Source: Callorhinchus milii
Taxonomy: Eukaryota
Assembly: GCF_018977255.1 (NCBI RefSeq)
Contig: NW_024704743.1
Coordinates: forward strand, 11,720,001-11,784,000
Reading direction: 5' to 3'
DNA length: 64,000 bases
Of this stretch, positions 23,560-36,887 are shown in pieces. The translations under genes were made by a program, and so were the position numbers. Each line of letters opens with the position of its first letter. Position 1 is the first letter of the stretch. Under the pieces are notes generated by a model that saw nothing but the letters and a program-made list of their open reading frames with translations, did not search any database and was not told where the DNA came from.

Positions 23560-26500
23560 TAAAACATAAATACATAAGACCAAGTTAGACGAAAAAAGTC
23601 CAAGGTCCATCTCGTTCGCTTTCCACCTTGCTGGTGGTCGCATGCACATATGTCCCAAACTACCTATGTACTATATCCTATAATGTTATTTCCTAAAAGA
23701 AAACTATCTAATCTGTGTTTGAAAGAATCAACACTTCCTGCTTCAACCTTCTCTCTAGGGAGCCTGTTCCACAGGTTCAGTATTTGCTAATTGAAACAGT
23801 GTTTGCGTAGATTTGTTCTGAATTTACCTCCCTTCAATCGCTGCCTGTGTCCTCTGGTTTTACTATTCTGGACAAGTTGAAACAGCCTGTTATGAACTAT
23901 ATTGTCTTGCCCCTTTAGAATATTAAAGACAGCAAGCAATCCTGAATCTTCTCTTTTCCAGGGTGAACATGTCTAATTTACTTAGTTGCACCTCAGAGTA
24001 CAGTCCCTCCATTCCCTCAACCATTTTGGTTGCCTCCCTCTGTATCTTCTCGATTTCTTCAATATCAACAACAACAAGATTCCATTTATAGAGCGCCTTT
24101 CACGTCAGGAGGACGTCCCAAGGCGCTGCACAGTTGGGTCATGACCCGAGCAGGGGTGAAATGGTCAGGGTGAGGGGAGGGAAGGGAGGGAGAGAGGAGG
24201 GGGGAAATGGTCAGGGTGAGGGGAGGGAAGGGAGGGAGCGAGGAGGAGGAAGAGAGTCGAGAGGGGAGCTGAAGGGAAGGGAAAATATCCTTTTTGTACT
24301 GCGGCGAACAGAATGTACACAATACTATTAAGTATGGTCTCATCAATGATTTATACAGTGACAGGATTACCTCACTATTTCAGCTTGCTATAGATCTTTT
24401 GATACATCCCAACATCTGGTTTGCTTTATGGACTGCCACAGAGCATCGTTGGGAGAGCTTCAATTTATTGTCAAGCAGGACCCCCAGGTCCTTTTCACTT
24501 TCCATGCAGGTTTTCTTCCTTCTGTTCAAATATTAGTCCCTTCAAGGATTTTTTGTCCCCATGTTAAGTACTTTACATTTCTCCACATTGAATTTCATCT
24601 GCCACCGATCTGCCCAATTCCCAAGTATGTTCAAGTCCTCCTGGAACCCATCTTGTTCAGCTTCGCAATCTAACACCTTCATTAGCTTGGGGTCATCTGT
24701 AAACTTAGCGTCTGTGCTTGCAACTCGTTCCAGATATTATAAAAATATTAAACAAAAGAGGTTCCAAAACAGACCTCTGTTGAACTCCAATGGTAACATT
24801 TTCCCAGTCTGATGACATTCCCTGTACCACCACCCTCTGGGTTCTTCCGGTCAACCAGTTGTGTATCCGTTGTAATATACCTCCACTGATTCCCGCTTTC
24901 TTTACTTTCGGCACCAGCCTCTCAAGAGGAACTGTATCAAAGGCCTTACTGAAATCCAGATATATATCCACATCCTTAACCTTATCAAGCTGCCTTGTCA
25001 CACATCAAAGAAAACCAGTAAATTAGATTGGCAAGATCTCCCCTTCATGAACCCATATTGGCTATAATTTATGGTTTTATTTTTGTTACCTTTCTTAAAA
25101 ATAGGAGTAACATCTGCCTGTTTCCAGTCCACCGGCACCTCTCCAGTATTCAGTGATTTTCGCATTTCTGCGACTTCCTCCTTTAATTCTTTAAAGATTC
25201 TTGGATACAATTTATCCAGCCCCTGAGATTTATTTACCTAAGTTTGCACAGCTGCTTGGCAACTATGAATGAATATGAATAGTGTTCCAACTTTCCTCTG
25301 CGACATCCTTGAGTTCTCTTTTTAGGTCAGATAGGTTACCCGTCTCCTCCTTGGTACATACTGATGCAAAAGACTTATTTAGCACTTCTGCAGCCTGTGC
25401 AGCAATATTTGTCATGTTCTCTCCCGAACTCACCTTCAGTGGCCCTATTCCATTGCTTGTTTTTCTTTTACTCTTAATGTAATGTAACTAAAAAACTTTT
25501 TGATATTATCCTTCACATCTCTTGCCATGTTCAATTCAAAGCTTTTCTTTGCTATTCTGATGCCTTTTTTGTAGTCATGGCATGGCTTCTGGTATTGAAT
25601 CCGACTTAATTCTGTGCCATTTTCCTTCATGGCTTTAAATGCCTTTTTTTCCCTTTTTATGATTTGCTTTGTAGCCCCATCCAACCAGGCAGGAGTGCCT
25701 TTAAGCTTGGAATCTTTGCTTCTCATGGGTACACGTTGTTCCATTGCCTTCATAATCACCTCCTTGAAGGAACTCATAGGTCCTCCTCCCCCACTGCCAT
25801 ATTTAAGCCTGCCAGGCCTACGCTGACTGAACTTCCCAAGCGCACAAAGTCAGTCCCCATGGCAATTTGTTTAGGTTTTATAATCTCACCAGTTCTTGTG
25901 ATGTCAAATGTGACTGTATTGTGATCGCTGTTGCTTAATGCTTCTCCCACCTTTATGTTAGAGATTTGCTCATCCCTATTACTCATTATCAAATCCAAGA
26001 TGTTATTTCCCCTTGTTGGCTCTTTCACAAACTGAGTCATAAAGCAGTCTTCCTTTAACTCTAGAAACCCCTTCCCTACCTTACCAGTAGACACATTATT
26101 ATCCCAATCAATTTCAGGTAAGTTTAAAATCTCCAACTACTATGGTTGGTCCTTTGCTAGTTGCCTTCCTTATCTCATCCCACAGTTCCAGATCAAGGCT
26201 TTCACCCTTGCTTGGGGGTCTATAGCAAACCCCCAATAATAGCTTATCTCTGTTGCCATCTTTTAATTCTTCCAAAAATGATTCTGTGTCTGCCTTTCCT
26301 TTTTTATATTCGCCTACTTGTGTCTCAATAAGGGAGCTTATATATAGTGCCACACCTCATCCTCTTCTCCTGATACAGTCCCTCCTAAACAGTCTATAGC
26401 CTTTCAGATGCGTATCCCAAATTGATTGGATTCATTCCACCATGTCTCAGTGATGCTAATGATGTTCAATCTGTCACCCCTGACAAAACCTTCCAGATCA

Positions 26501-27060
26501 CGCATCTTGTTTGTCAGACTTCTTGCATCAATGCAAATACAGCTCCATTGTTTTGCCTTCCCCATTTACTGTATAAGCATTTTTTGTTTCTTTTTCACCA
26601 ACCTTTCGAGTTAAACCCATTACACTGGCAAGCCTTAAGGTTTTCCCTAATTGGTTCGGGTGCTCCCTTACATCTACCGCAACCACCCCTGTGCCTAGTT
26701 TAAACATTCCCTAGCTAAACTATTTATCCTGTCTGCCAACACCTCCACCGCCACGCATTTGTTTAGGTGGAGCCCATTCAGTCTGTATAGACCATTCCGA
26801 AAGGTGCCCCATTGTTTGAGGAAACGAAAGCCTGACTCCCTATACCACGCATTGGTCTGCCTATTTACCCTCTGTCTTTCCTCACAAGCATGAGATATGG
26901 GTACTATTTCGGAAAATACTATGCTTGAAGTCTTCCCTTTAGCTTCATTCCTAATGCTCTAAATTTACCCTAACCTCTGGTCTACTTCTATTTATGTAAT
27001 TTCTTCCCGCATGAACAACTACAATAGGTTCCTTACCTGCTCCCTGTAGCATTTGGTCAA
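23560..27060 (-). mobile_element. Decayed near-full-length CR1-clade LINE (third family)
   Basis: LLGVCYRPP, VVGDF, EPTRGNNILDLIMSN, YPRIFKELK, IYLDFSKAFDTVP; esterase-like ORF1 remnants at about 26700-27050. Confidence 0.9.
24067..24283 (-). mobile_element. Short young L2 3' fragment nested in CR1
   Basis: Near-identical to 9150-9450; aatatc duplicated at 24061-24066 and 24284-24289. Confidence 0.9.
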
Positions 27061-27724
27061 CCTAAGTTTAAAACTATAATTTAAGTACTTGTCAGAAGTT
27101 CATAAGAGGAGTTCAGATCAAAAAGGTCCTGCAACCCATTTAATTTCAGCCTTCCTGGACAGTTGCCCTACTGTCCATACAGCATTAAGTTGTTATTCAA
27201 ATGAGACCAGCATCCTGTAACCTGTTCCCGTCGTTAAACACCCTCTGGCTAAAGAAATGCTTCCCAGTGCCTGTCCTGAAATGGATTTTGTGACCCTAAC
27301 CACATCTGCAATGTACAGGGAGACTACATTGTGTAGAATTCCATGCATTCCACCTACACATGGAAATCCCAGAGATAAATTGTTGGAATGGAACGTGCAC
27401 TCTCTCCCTGGAGGGACACATCCTGCTTACCTAATTCCAGAAAGTATTAAGTGCAGGTTGTCAGGCGCCAAGGCTTGGGGAACCAGGAGTGTGTGTTGGG
27501 GTACTGCGGGAGTTGAGTCTTTTATGGGGGTACTTTAAATTCAATAAATGTTCACAATTCTTTTCTTTCTCCTGCAGAGAAAAATCAAGCAACAACAGTT
27601 TTAGTTTAGCGGAGTGGCAAAGTATTTATCAAGATTTTGTTTTTTGCGAACAGTTTCTGAGCCACTTAAAATTACACCATTGTCTTTGTACCCCCTTCCT
27701 TTCCCCGCCTGTATTTAAATCTAG

Positions 27725-27893
27725 GTGGCATTTCTGGGTTTTGATCACTCTGCTGCCGAGATTGCCCTCAGGAGGTTTCACGGGGACGTGGAGCGGTCGG
27801 TTCAGGCCCTAATAGCTCACGACGGATTTCTTCCTTCAAGTCTCCTGAATTCACCGTCGTCATCGTCACCAGAGGACATGGAGGTGGATGAGG
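27725..27893 (+). CDS. NUB1: NUB1 coding exon, UBA3 plus Ser/Pro-rich segment, phase 0 to 1
   Basis: ctag acceptor; VAFLGFDHSAAEIALRRFHGDVERSVQALIAHDGFLPSSLLNSPSSSSPEDMEVDE(G), cf. human LVYMGFDALVAEAALRVFRGNV; G|GTACGA donor. Confidence 0.94.
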
Positions 27894-28149
27894 GTACGAT
27901 TGTTGCTGTTAATGAGAATTACCTATATTTGCAGATGTTAAGCATTGACACTCTCCTGCATTTATTCATACTTTTAATAATAATAATCCTTGCATTTGTT
28001 ATAGTACCTTATCAAGTCGTTGAGACATCTCAAACCGCTTCACGGATTGTATTGTATTTTAAGGTCTCTGCTTAAATGAGCACCTTAGAAGTATGAATAA
28101 ATGCAGGATAAGATCTCTGCTTAAATGAGCACTTTGAGTAGTTTCACAT

Positions 28150-28306
28150 GAATTGGAGGTTCGTAGATTGATCAGAAAGGAGCAGGCTGGCTTTCGTTCT
28201 CATGAGGAACGTGTGGGATTGGTTGTGGTTCTTGTATCAGACAATAGAATGTCGTGACGGTAAAGGGAAACCCATCTATGTTGCGTTCATCGACTTCCGC
28301 AAGGCC
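28150..28306 (+). mobile_element. Non-LTR reverse transcriptase relic, RTE/L1-like rather than CR1/L2
   Basis: LIRKEQAGFRS, then frameshift, then LYQTIECRDGKGKPIYVAFIDFRKA. Confidence 0.7.
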
Positions 28307-29694
28307 CGTCCCACCATTCTGCCTTCTGCCCCCACCCTCTGGAACTCCATCCCGTATTTCCTCCGCTTCACCCCCTCCCTTGCCTCCTTCAAGATCCATC
28401 TCAAGACCTCTTCGACTGTGTTTTCAATCACCCTACTTCCCCCCCCTCCCACGCCCTCCACCTTCCCCAATCTCGAACCTCAGCTTGAGTCCAAAACTCT
28501 GACTCTCCTGCACCACAAAGCGAAGGCAGATGAGTCCTCATCTCCCATCATGATGGTATGATCAGCACCTGATTTCAGTATTGCACCACAAGAAGGTTGT
28601 AAGGGCACATCCAGAGAAAGAAACAGACCAGTATAGCCTTAATAGAGAACCATGGTTTCTAGGAATCAAGGGTTGCCTGCTTTCCGATGGCGTCCCCTAA
28701 CTATCTTTCATGGAACTGCAGGAGTGTCTGGGACACCCAAGTCTGCTGGTCACGGGGGAAGTAAATTTGCGCCAATTGCTCTCTACTCAGCCCAAAATGC
28801 TGTATTCTGTTGAGAGAACGATCTTCCCTTCATTTCATGGCAGCCCACACAAAGTTGAGTGTGGGGGGAGGGGAAAGAGGTTGGGCTCCTCCCTCCCTGA
28901 GATTTAATTGAATTTAATCAACTCCCTTTCACGTGCGACCCTGGTATCTGGGAGCAAACATTTATCACGTTTGTCTGAGGACGAGACTCCCTCCCCCTTC
29001 ACAAGAGAATGAATGTTCCTCTTGGCTTGTCTTTCAGCTCTCAAGCCTCTATTTCTGGGAGAGGAGGGGACTTTCCCCACGGGAGCAGTGGCTCTGTTTG
29101 GGATCTCCATAAGTGGGCCTTTTAGAACTCCTTTTAATTTAACCAGGAGTAAAGTGTGTTCCCCTTCTGCTCCTGATGAATCACACATATTGTATTACTA
29201 GAAGTAATTTGAAAGGTTGAAAGTCATGATACAAGCTTATATCTAGAAATAGCCTCCCTTTTTGCATCCATTGATAAACTCTGAAATAAATATTGTACAC
29301 AATTCAACAAGGTAATGTCCATTAGCTCCTGACAATTTGTACCTATCTGGTTTCCTTTAGGATAGTCTAACCACCTGGAGATGTAGAATACAGAAGAGAA
29401 TAGAGGAATAGGAGGGATGGTTGGGAGCTTGTGTGGAGTATAAACACCGGCACTGACTGGTTAACCTGTCCTGTCCTGTATCACTCAGTGATACTCCACC
29501 AAGTTTGTGCTACTGAAGTCTTGCAAGTAATTACTCAGGAGTCCCATAGCATAGTGGTTGGTGTACTTATCTCTCAAGCAAGAGTACCCGAGTTCAATTC
29601 CCGGGCAGGGTGAAATCTTAGACACGCCTATGTTTACCTAGCATTAAGTAGTTTGTTATTTGATTGGCGAATCACTTTCTGGGGATAATAATCA

Positions 29695-30960
29695 ACAACA
29701 ACAACTTGCATTTACATAGTGCCCTTCACGCGGGGTAGCATTGCCAGTGGAGTCTGGCAACGAGCCAAGGGAGAGAGGGAGTGGGGCGGTGACCATAAGC
29801 ACAATCAAAAAGGAAGGTCTTTAGGTGGGATTTGATGATGGGGAGGGAGGAGGCAAGGTGGACAGATCGAGGGAGAGAGTTACAGAGCTTCAGGGAGTAG
29901 TGACTGAAGGCATGGCCACCGTTGGTGGAGCGGAGGGCACAATATGACTTATTGTCATAAGGAGGCCGGAGCCAGCCGAGCGGAAACAGTAGGTGGTGGA
30001 GTGGGGGGTAGGCAGGGAGGTGCGAGGAATGAAGTGATTTGAAAGCGAGTGAGAAGATTTTAAAAGTCAATTAATTCAGTGATTGGGAGCCAGAGGATTC
30101 TGGCAAGGATTCTGGAGGCGGCCTCTATCTCGGAGATGAAGAAATCCAAGACTTCTTTGCACTTGACATTTGATGTTAGGATTGAAGGTGCTTGATGGGG
30201 TTCGGGGTGGAGGTGGTGGGTGGTGGAGAACAGAATTTTGCAGTCGTTTTTGACCTCCAGAACGACCTGAGTAGAATGCAGTTTTGGTTTGTGAGAGGGA
30301 GTGGCGTTTGGTGTGAAGATGTTTGAGCTAGCGGTGAACCATGAAGCTGGTTTTGTGCCATCTGCGCTCCAGCAACCGGGTTTGTGATTTGAGAGAGCAG
30401 AGTTGACTATTGTACCAGGAGGAGTGGACAGGTTTGGTGATGATCCTGGATTTCAGGGGGACAAGCGAATTAAAGGTGGAGGAGGAGTGATTGTTTAACA
30501 GCTTGATGGCTGCATCAGGATCACTGCTGGTGGAAGGCCAGAGGGTGTTAGGTCCATGGATGAGAGGGCGTTTGTGCGGGACTCGGGCGGAGGCTTTCTC
30601 CATTGGGGGAAAAAGATTTTGGAGAGCTTGGAGGAGAGAGAGAGATAGGCGAGGACAGGGAAATGAAAAAGTAGTCAGAGATGGGCTTGTCCCTGATGGA
30701 CAGACCAGTCTAGGCCATGTGTGACTATGAGGTTAAGAGGGTGGCTACAGTTGTGGTTCGAGGAATTAATATGGAGGGTGAAGTTTAGGGTGGAGAGGAG
30801 GGCAGTGAAATCAGAGGAGATGGGCAGGAGGAGTTGAGGTGAAAGTTCAAGTCGTCCATGATGAACAAGCGTTCCGTGAAGAGGGACAGGAATGAGAGGA
30901 GACAGGAGATACCCTTGAGGAAGAAGCCAGGAGGTTTGGGGGGGTCGGTTAACTAGGAGA
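29695..30960 (-). mobile_element. Decayed L2 fragments
   Basis: GGHAFSHYSLKLCNSLP...FLFDCAY; WYNSQLCSLKSQTRLLERRWHK; (CAA)n tail. Confidence 0.85.
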
Positions 30961-30983
30961 ATTTGTTAATTGTGCAGATCTGT

Positions 30984-31400
30984 GGAGTCCTGTAGATCAG
31001 TGGTTAAAGCAATTACCTCGCAAGAGTGAGGACCTGGGTTCGATTCCTAGCAGGGTGAAATGTTCAGCAAGTTTCCTTACTCCACTCTGTTTACCTAGTA
31101 GTAAGTAGGAACCCGGTTGTCAGTCGATTGGTGGATTGCTTTTCCGGGGGTAATAATTCGTTCAAAAAAAAATTTGGTAATTTAATCCAAGAGATTAAAT
31201 TATCAAGGGTCCTGGAGTCAAGGGTGGAGGCATATTGGTCACTCAATCCACAAATGTTTGTGGAATCCTGCTGTGCGCAATTGGCAGCTGCGTTTCGCCC
31301 ACAAAATACAGTCACTCCACTTTAAAGTATATTCTGTGAAGCACTTTGAAACTTATCAACAACTGAATAAGATGCTATTTCAAATGCAAGTATTATTATT
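30984..31400 (+). mobile_element. tRNA-derived SINE (older, longer variant)
   Basis: tggagtcctgtagatcagtggtt head, ggttcgattcc B-box, (TTA)n tail. Confidence 0.85.
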
Positions 31401-31550
31401 ACTTCAAAAACAGAAGTCGCTGGGAACACTCAGCAGATCAGGCAGCATCTATGGAGAAAGGAAAATGAGTCAACGTTTCGTCAGAACTCTTGATTTCAGA
31501 TTTCCAGCATCTGCAGTATTTTGTATCTTGTACTTCATTTGGTCTTGCAG

Positions 31551-31717
31551 GTGAGTCTGCGGAGGAAAGGCGAAAGGAACGCGAAATCGTGGAAGAGGTG
31601 TTAGCAGACATTCCCGAGCACGAGGAGGACTACTTGGATATGACTCTGGAGGAGGAGAAGGAAGTGATTTACAAGTACAAAAGCTGGCTACAGGGTTCAC
31701 AGCAATCCACGTCCTAA
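31551..31717 (+). CDS. NUB1: NUB1 terminal coding exon with stop codon
   Basis: ttgcag acceptor; ESAEERRKEREIVEEVLADIPEHEEDYLDMTLEEEKEVIYKYKSWLQGSQQSTS*, containing the NUB1 C-terminal motif DIPEHEEDYLD. Confidence 0.96.
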
Positions 31718-34340
31718 GCATCTGCAAGAGGAGCCGAGTTCCACCTGCCTTCATTTGATCACTCGTCGACTTTAGCTTTAATTTTTAGCAGTGATTTTGA
31801 ACACACCGGACTAGTGTTTTGGCATGTTGAGATTCTGTATTTGTTCTTTATTTTAAATCAACTGTGCTTTTCGTGCAGTGATTTGCACCTCAGTAACACT
31901 CCGCTCGTCTTAAGTAAGACTGGACTCACTTTACCAGCAAAGGTTTTCTAGTTTCCGATGTGGGAGGGGGATTTGGGTGTGGGAGGAGAAATACTACTTG
32001 GTACAGTAAGCGCCAGGGCTCGTTATAATGGCTTGTGGATCTGAAGGATGATTTTGATGGCTGTTGGAGCCCATGTTAAATGGCACTGCTATAGGGGACT
32101 TTCCTTAATTTTCTCTTTTTATCCTCTTAATTAATTAATTAATTAATTGGGGTTCCCAAGTCTGGGCTCTTGCCAACTTGTACATAAAACTCTGCAGAAT
32201 TAGGTAAACAGGATACATCCTTCCAGGGAGAGAGTACACATTCCATTTCAGCAATCTATCTCTGAGATTTCCATGTGAAGGTAGGATGAATGAAAATCTC
32301 AATTTGGTTTGGATATGCTTAAGCATGGTGATGGGTTTCCGCATGTTTCAGACATCCACCCGGTTGACCAAAGAAAATCCTCCTTTTTCTCCCTCCCATT
32401 TCCACTCCCAAAATCCTTCCCTCCCCCACCACCTTTGGGCTGTTCTTCTGCCTCAGTCACACTGTAGTTCATTGCTCTCAGGCTCATGCTTACATCTGAT
32501 CCCAGTAATAGCCTCCTCCCCACATAGAGGAACGTTTCACACACCAGCAGGCACCTCATTTTAACACTGATCAAGATAAGAGGCTGGGACAGTCACAGCT
32601 ACTGTCTTGTCCCTTAACTCAAGCTGAAGTTTCTTTGAGATGCATATTTTATGATGTTGGAATAATAAAATGCGATGCCCCAAATCCCTCTCCATTATTG
32701 AGATTCTACCAAAAGAACTGGAGATTTTTTTTCCCCCTCCCTTACTGGAAAGGTGCACTTTGCTTTTGCTCAGTATTCAGATTGTGCTTTCATCCTCTGT
32801 ATCATCTCTTCACTCACTACTTTCTCCCACATTCTCCTCTTTAAGATTCCTTGTAGGCAAACAACTAGCAGGCTTCAGCACACTGCTGGGTTTGAAATGT
32901 ACATTGTACATGGTGTCCACAAAGTCTTGTTACCCCATGTTTTTTTTTCTACAGTGCACTGACCAACAACTGAAACGTGGAAGAATGATGATAATTGCAT
33001 GGAGAAGTACTTAATTGTATTCAGTATAAGCGTTTAACTGTATTTAGACATCCAACAAAGTGAGTGAGCGCCATCATTTTCATGGCATATAATGATCCGT
33101 CGCCAAGTTCAGTGCCACATCTTCCGTAACGTGATGGAGTGACGAGGAGAAGTGCATCTCTGACAGCTTGTTTCAGCTCCACTGTAGTCTTTTATCGCTG
33201 TTTTGTAACAGGGGGGTAACAGGACTTTGTGGATACCCTGTATAATGCATATGAACTGAACCTCACGGTTTTATTTTTTTTTAAAGTTGAGTGAAAATTT
33301 CAGCAAAAAACAGATTTATATAAAGTTGATTGGAATTTAAAGCATATGAAATTATTTTTTTTGAGAGGTGTATTTTGTCTTAATCTAGTAAATTTTTGTA
33401 GAGAAGCCAGATTGTCAGCAGTTACGCCGACTGAATTTTTTTGATATATATATATATTAAGAGAAATGTGCTTTGGGATTTCAATATCCTGTAGCATATC
33501 CTGGATTTGTCCTCTTTGATCTCATCCGTTCCTTTTTCTCTCTTGGTATGGTAAGTGATAGGTCGCTATATCAAATGCAAGGATTATTGTGGCTGCATTC
33601 AGTGAAGCAATCCGTGCTGCAGCACAGATGGTCAGTCTACGCTGTTGCAATGAGCAGCAGCCTCATGGACTGTGTGAGCGCATGTTGCTCACCAGCATCT
33701 TCTGTTTCGAAAAATTACATTTGAACACTGGTTATTTTTAACTTATTTTGAACCGTGAGTTTTTTTCCTTTTCTCCCCACTAACACCATAGTTGTGGATT
33801 TAAACAAAATTAAGGTAAACCTTTTTTTTCTGTACTGATTTTTTTCACAGCAGATGTTTATGTTTGAGCATTCAGTGTTAGGTCTGCATTTGAAATGGAA
33901 GTGATCTTGTTTTAAAGCAATTGTTTTACAAGACTAGAGTTTTATTTTTAAATTATGGTTAATTTGTCTCTATTTGCAAGGATTTTATCCTCGCTTAATT
34001 GATGTACTCCTAAAAGGAGCTTTTATTTCTCTTCAATCAATTTCCCTTCTATTACCATGTCTTCTGATGCCTTTCGCTGCTTTCCATCCTGACAGTGGAA
34101 ACTCATATGTTTTTTTTGTCTGAAAAATGTACGTTTCTGATGTTGCAGTACCATTTCCTGAACTCCTGGTGTCCAGGTCCATTGAGAACTGTGAGTGAGT
34201 TTTTACATTCTGAAATAAAATGATTGTACTCTACAGCCCCATGTTGCTGATCTATCTTGATCCACGTAATGTACAGAGAACATTGATTTTTTTTCTTTCC
34301 CCCCCAAAAAAAAAATTTGTGAATAAATGTAGAACTTTGT
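31718..34340 (+). other. NUB1: Probable NUB1 3' UTR (about 2.6 kb)
   Basis: AT/T-rich, largely repeat-free sequence after the stop, ending at AATAAA hexamers just before a CR1 fragment. The end point is inferred. Confidence 0.6.
34214..34327 (+). terminator. Candidate polyadenylation signals for NUB1
   Basis: AATAAA at 34214-34219 and 34322-34327; the second is followed by a GT-rich tract (ctttgtgtgg). Confidence 0.5.
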
Positions 34341-34534
34341 GTGGAATAACTTATTGTGTGAGGCCATAAATGGGTTCAAGAGATGCTTTGTCACGTAAAG
34401 TTCAAAGTATAAAACACAAGGTCACAGCCCATTACAATAAATCCTGTGAAGCTCTTTGAGATGTCCTGAGGTGAAATGTTATATCAAATGTAAGGATTAT
34501 TATAGCAATGGGGAAGTTTTCAAATGTTTACTTA

Positions 34535-35506
34535 GCTTTTTGATCTACATAAATGACCTGGACTTGGGTATAGGGAGTACGGTTTCCAAGTTTGCAGGTG
34601 ATACTAAGCTAGGAAAAGTAGTAAACGGTGAGGAGGATAATAGCAGACTTCAAGAGGACATACACAGACTGGTAAAATGGGCAGAATGTGGCAGATGAAG
34701 TTTAATGTGGAGAAATACGAAATGAAGCATTTTGGGAGGAAGAATGAGGAGAGGCAATATAAGCTGATGGTACAATCTTGAAGAGGGTGAAGGAACAGAG
34801 AGACCTGAGGATTCATATAAGTAAATCTTTGAAGGTGGCAGGAGAGGACAAAGCTGATAAAAAAGCATACAGTATACTAGACTTCATAAATGGAATACAA
34901 AAGTCAGAAAGTTATGATGAACCTTTATAAAACACTGCTTAGGCCACAGCTAAGCCCATTTTACCAGTCCGTCTGTGTTCAGTTCTGGGCACCACACTTC
35001 ACAAAGGATATCTCAAGGCATTGGAGAGGGTGCCAAGGAGATTTACCAGGATGTTACCAGGAATGAGGGATTTCAGTTAGCAGGAGAGGCTAGAGAAGCT
35101 GGGATTATTCTCCTTGTAGCAGAGAAGGTTAAGAGGAGACTTAAGTGAAGTTTTCAAAATTATGAGGGGATTCAATAGGGTGAACAAGGAGAAGCTATTT
35201 CCACAGGCGGGTGGGTCGGTAACCCGAGGACACCGATTTAAAATAGTTGAAAGAAACGGGAGGTGAGTAGACATTTTTTCACACAGCGAGTTGTGGCAAT
35301 GCATTGCCTGAAAGGGTGGTGAAAGCCGATTTGATAACAGCTTTTAAGAGAGAAGTAGATGATTATTTGGGGAGGACAAGTTTGCAGGGCTATGGGGAGA
35401 GAGCGAAGGAGTGGGTTTGGTTTGCATAGGTCTTTTCAAAGATCCAGCACAGACATGATGGGCCTAATGGCCTTCTTCTGTGCTGTATAATTCTACGATT
35501 CTATGT
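34535..35506 (+). mobile_element. CR1 3' fragment
   Basis: FLIYINDLDLGIGSTVSKFAGDTKLG; tail ctgtgctgtataattctacgattctatg. Confidence 0.92.
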
Positions 35507-36240
35507 TTCACATAAGACGAAACATAAAATCCCAGCATAGCTTGAGTTGCCTCAACCCAGAACTGGCTCACCCTCTTGAAGATCTGAAAGCCACCAAAAG
35601 AAGAGGGAGGAACGAAGAGTTAGACGAGTAAGCCCAATCCTAATCACTCACTAAACTACTGTAAGGGCACAGTTTAAATGATAATTGTAATTTTGGAAGA
35701 TCCTTTGCAGGTGCTCAGCCTACCATGAACTAAATGTAGGGCAAGAGAATAGGACTGGAGGAAAGTAGTGGTAGGGAGAGCAGATCGTGAAGATAATGAT
35801 AATAAGCCTTCCATTTGGCCAGGACACTGGGAGAACACCCTTCTCGTTTCGAATAGTGCCATGGGAACATCCAGCTCAAGAGGCAGATGAGACCTCAGTT
35901 TAATGTCTCATCCAAAGATGGCACCTCTGAGAATACAAAACCCCACCCCTCTACCAGCACTGCATTTGAATGACAGCCTAGACTGAGTTCAGGTGCCTCT
36001 GACATGTTCAATGTTAATAGGTATTATGACAAACAAGAGGATTCCTATTGGTATTGGTCTGAGAGAAGCTCACTTCTTTGTTCTGTTGCGGAGGGAGCAG
36101 CGTAACATAGCAAGAGAAGAGGGAGAGAGAAAATGTCACTTAAACTGGCCAGGGTGTATATTGTGAATAAAATTTTACTTTTGGTTTGCCATTTACATTG
36201 AATCAATATTTAAAGAGTGCATTATCAGTGTGTGTGTCAT

Positions 36241-36254
36241 TTTCAGTTTCACTT
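36241..36254 (-). promoter_or_regulatory. IRF-E/ISRE motif
   Basis: TTTCAGTTTCACTT, reverse complement AAGTGAAACTGAAA, matches AANNGAAANNGAAA exactly. Confidence 0.45.
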
Positions 36255-36887
36255 GTTAATGTCAAAAGCTGTAAACTTTTCAGAGAACATCAGGCCTCAG
36301 GAGCCTGAGTTGGTAGACTGTAGCCCAGGAGAGTGCCATCTCAGTCTGGTTTTGTAGAGGAAGTCTGACTGGGATGAGGACGCTGAGCTCGTTTAAAGAA
36401 ACATAGCTTGATGCTATGATGGAAATTTTGGAACAAAGCCAGGAATAAATACCTTCATTACCTGCCACATCCTATTCTCTGACCTGGTCATTCCCTAACT
36501 CCTATGTTCACCCCCTCCACTCAGCTAACACAGGCTTGCTCCATATTCCAACCCACCCGCACTCCACCCCTTGCCACCATTGGTAACTAAATGTTCGGTC
36601 ACTGCCCCCCAAACCTCTGGAACTCCCTAGCTGTAACCCTGCTCCTTGCACTCCTCTCTATCCATCTTTGCAGCTCATGCAGGGCTTTGCATTCACAATC
36701 CAGGCTGACTCCATTCCAGTGCTGGGGGAGCACTGCATTATCAGAGGTGCCCCATCTGCTTGTTCAAGTGGATGTTAAAGATTCTGTTGCATTATTCAAA
36801 AATAGGAAAGAAGTTTCTCATGGTTTCCTGGCTAACAATCCCCTGTCTGCTTTTTTGAGAGGGTTGTGTGTTTGCTCAGAGAGCGTG

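Noticed and set aside
28690..29200. Unique-looking stretch with an LSWNCRS peptide reminiscent of an endonuclease start
   Set aside because: The frame closes quickly and no further APE motifs follow.
31465..31490. Possible hammerhead ribozyme core (CTGACGAAAC on the minus strand)
   Set aside because: The core segments overlap with no stem II, so it cannot fold as a hammerhead.
36040..36160. Alternative coding first exon (ATG 36133, MSLKLAR) with ATTGG boxes upstream
   Set aside because: Weak donor, its natural phase 0 does not fit the 38208 exon, and there is no NUB1 similarity. An alternative promoter cannot be fully excluded.
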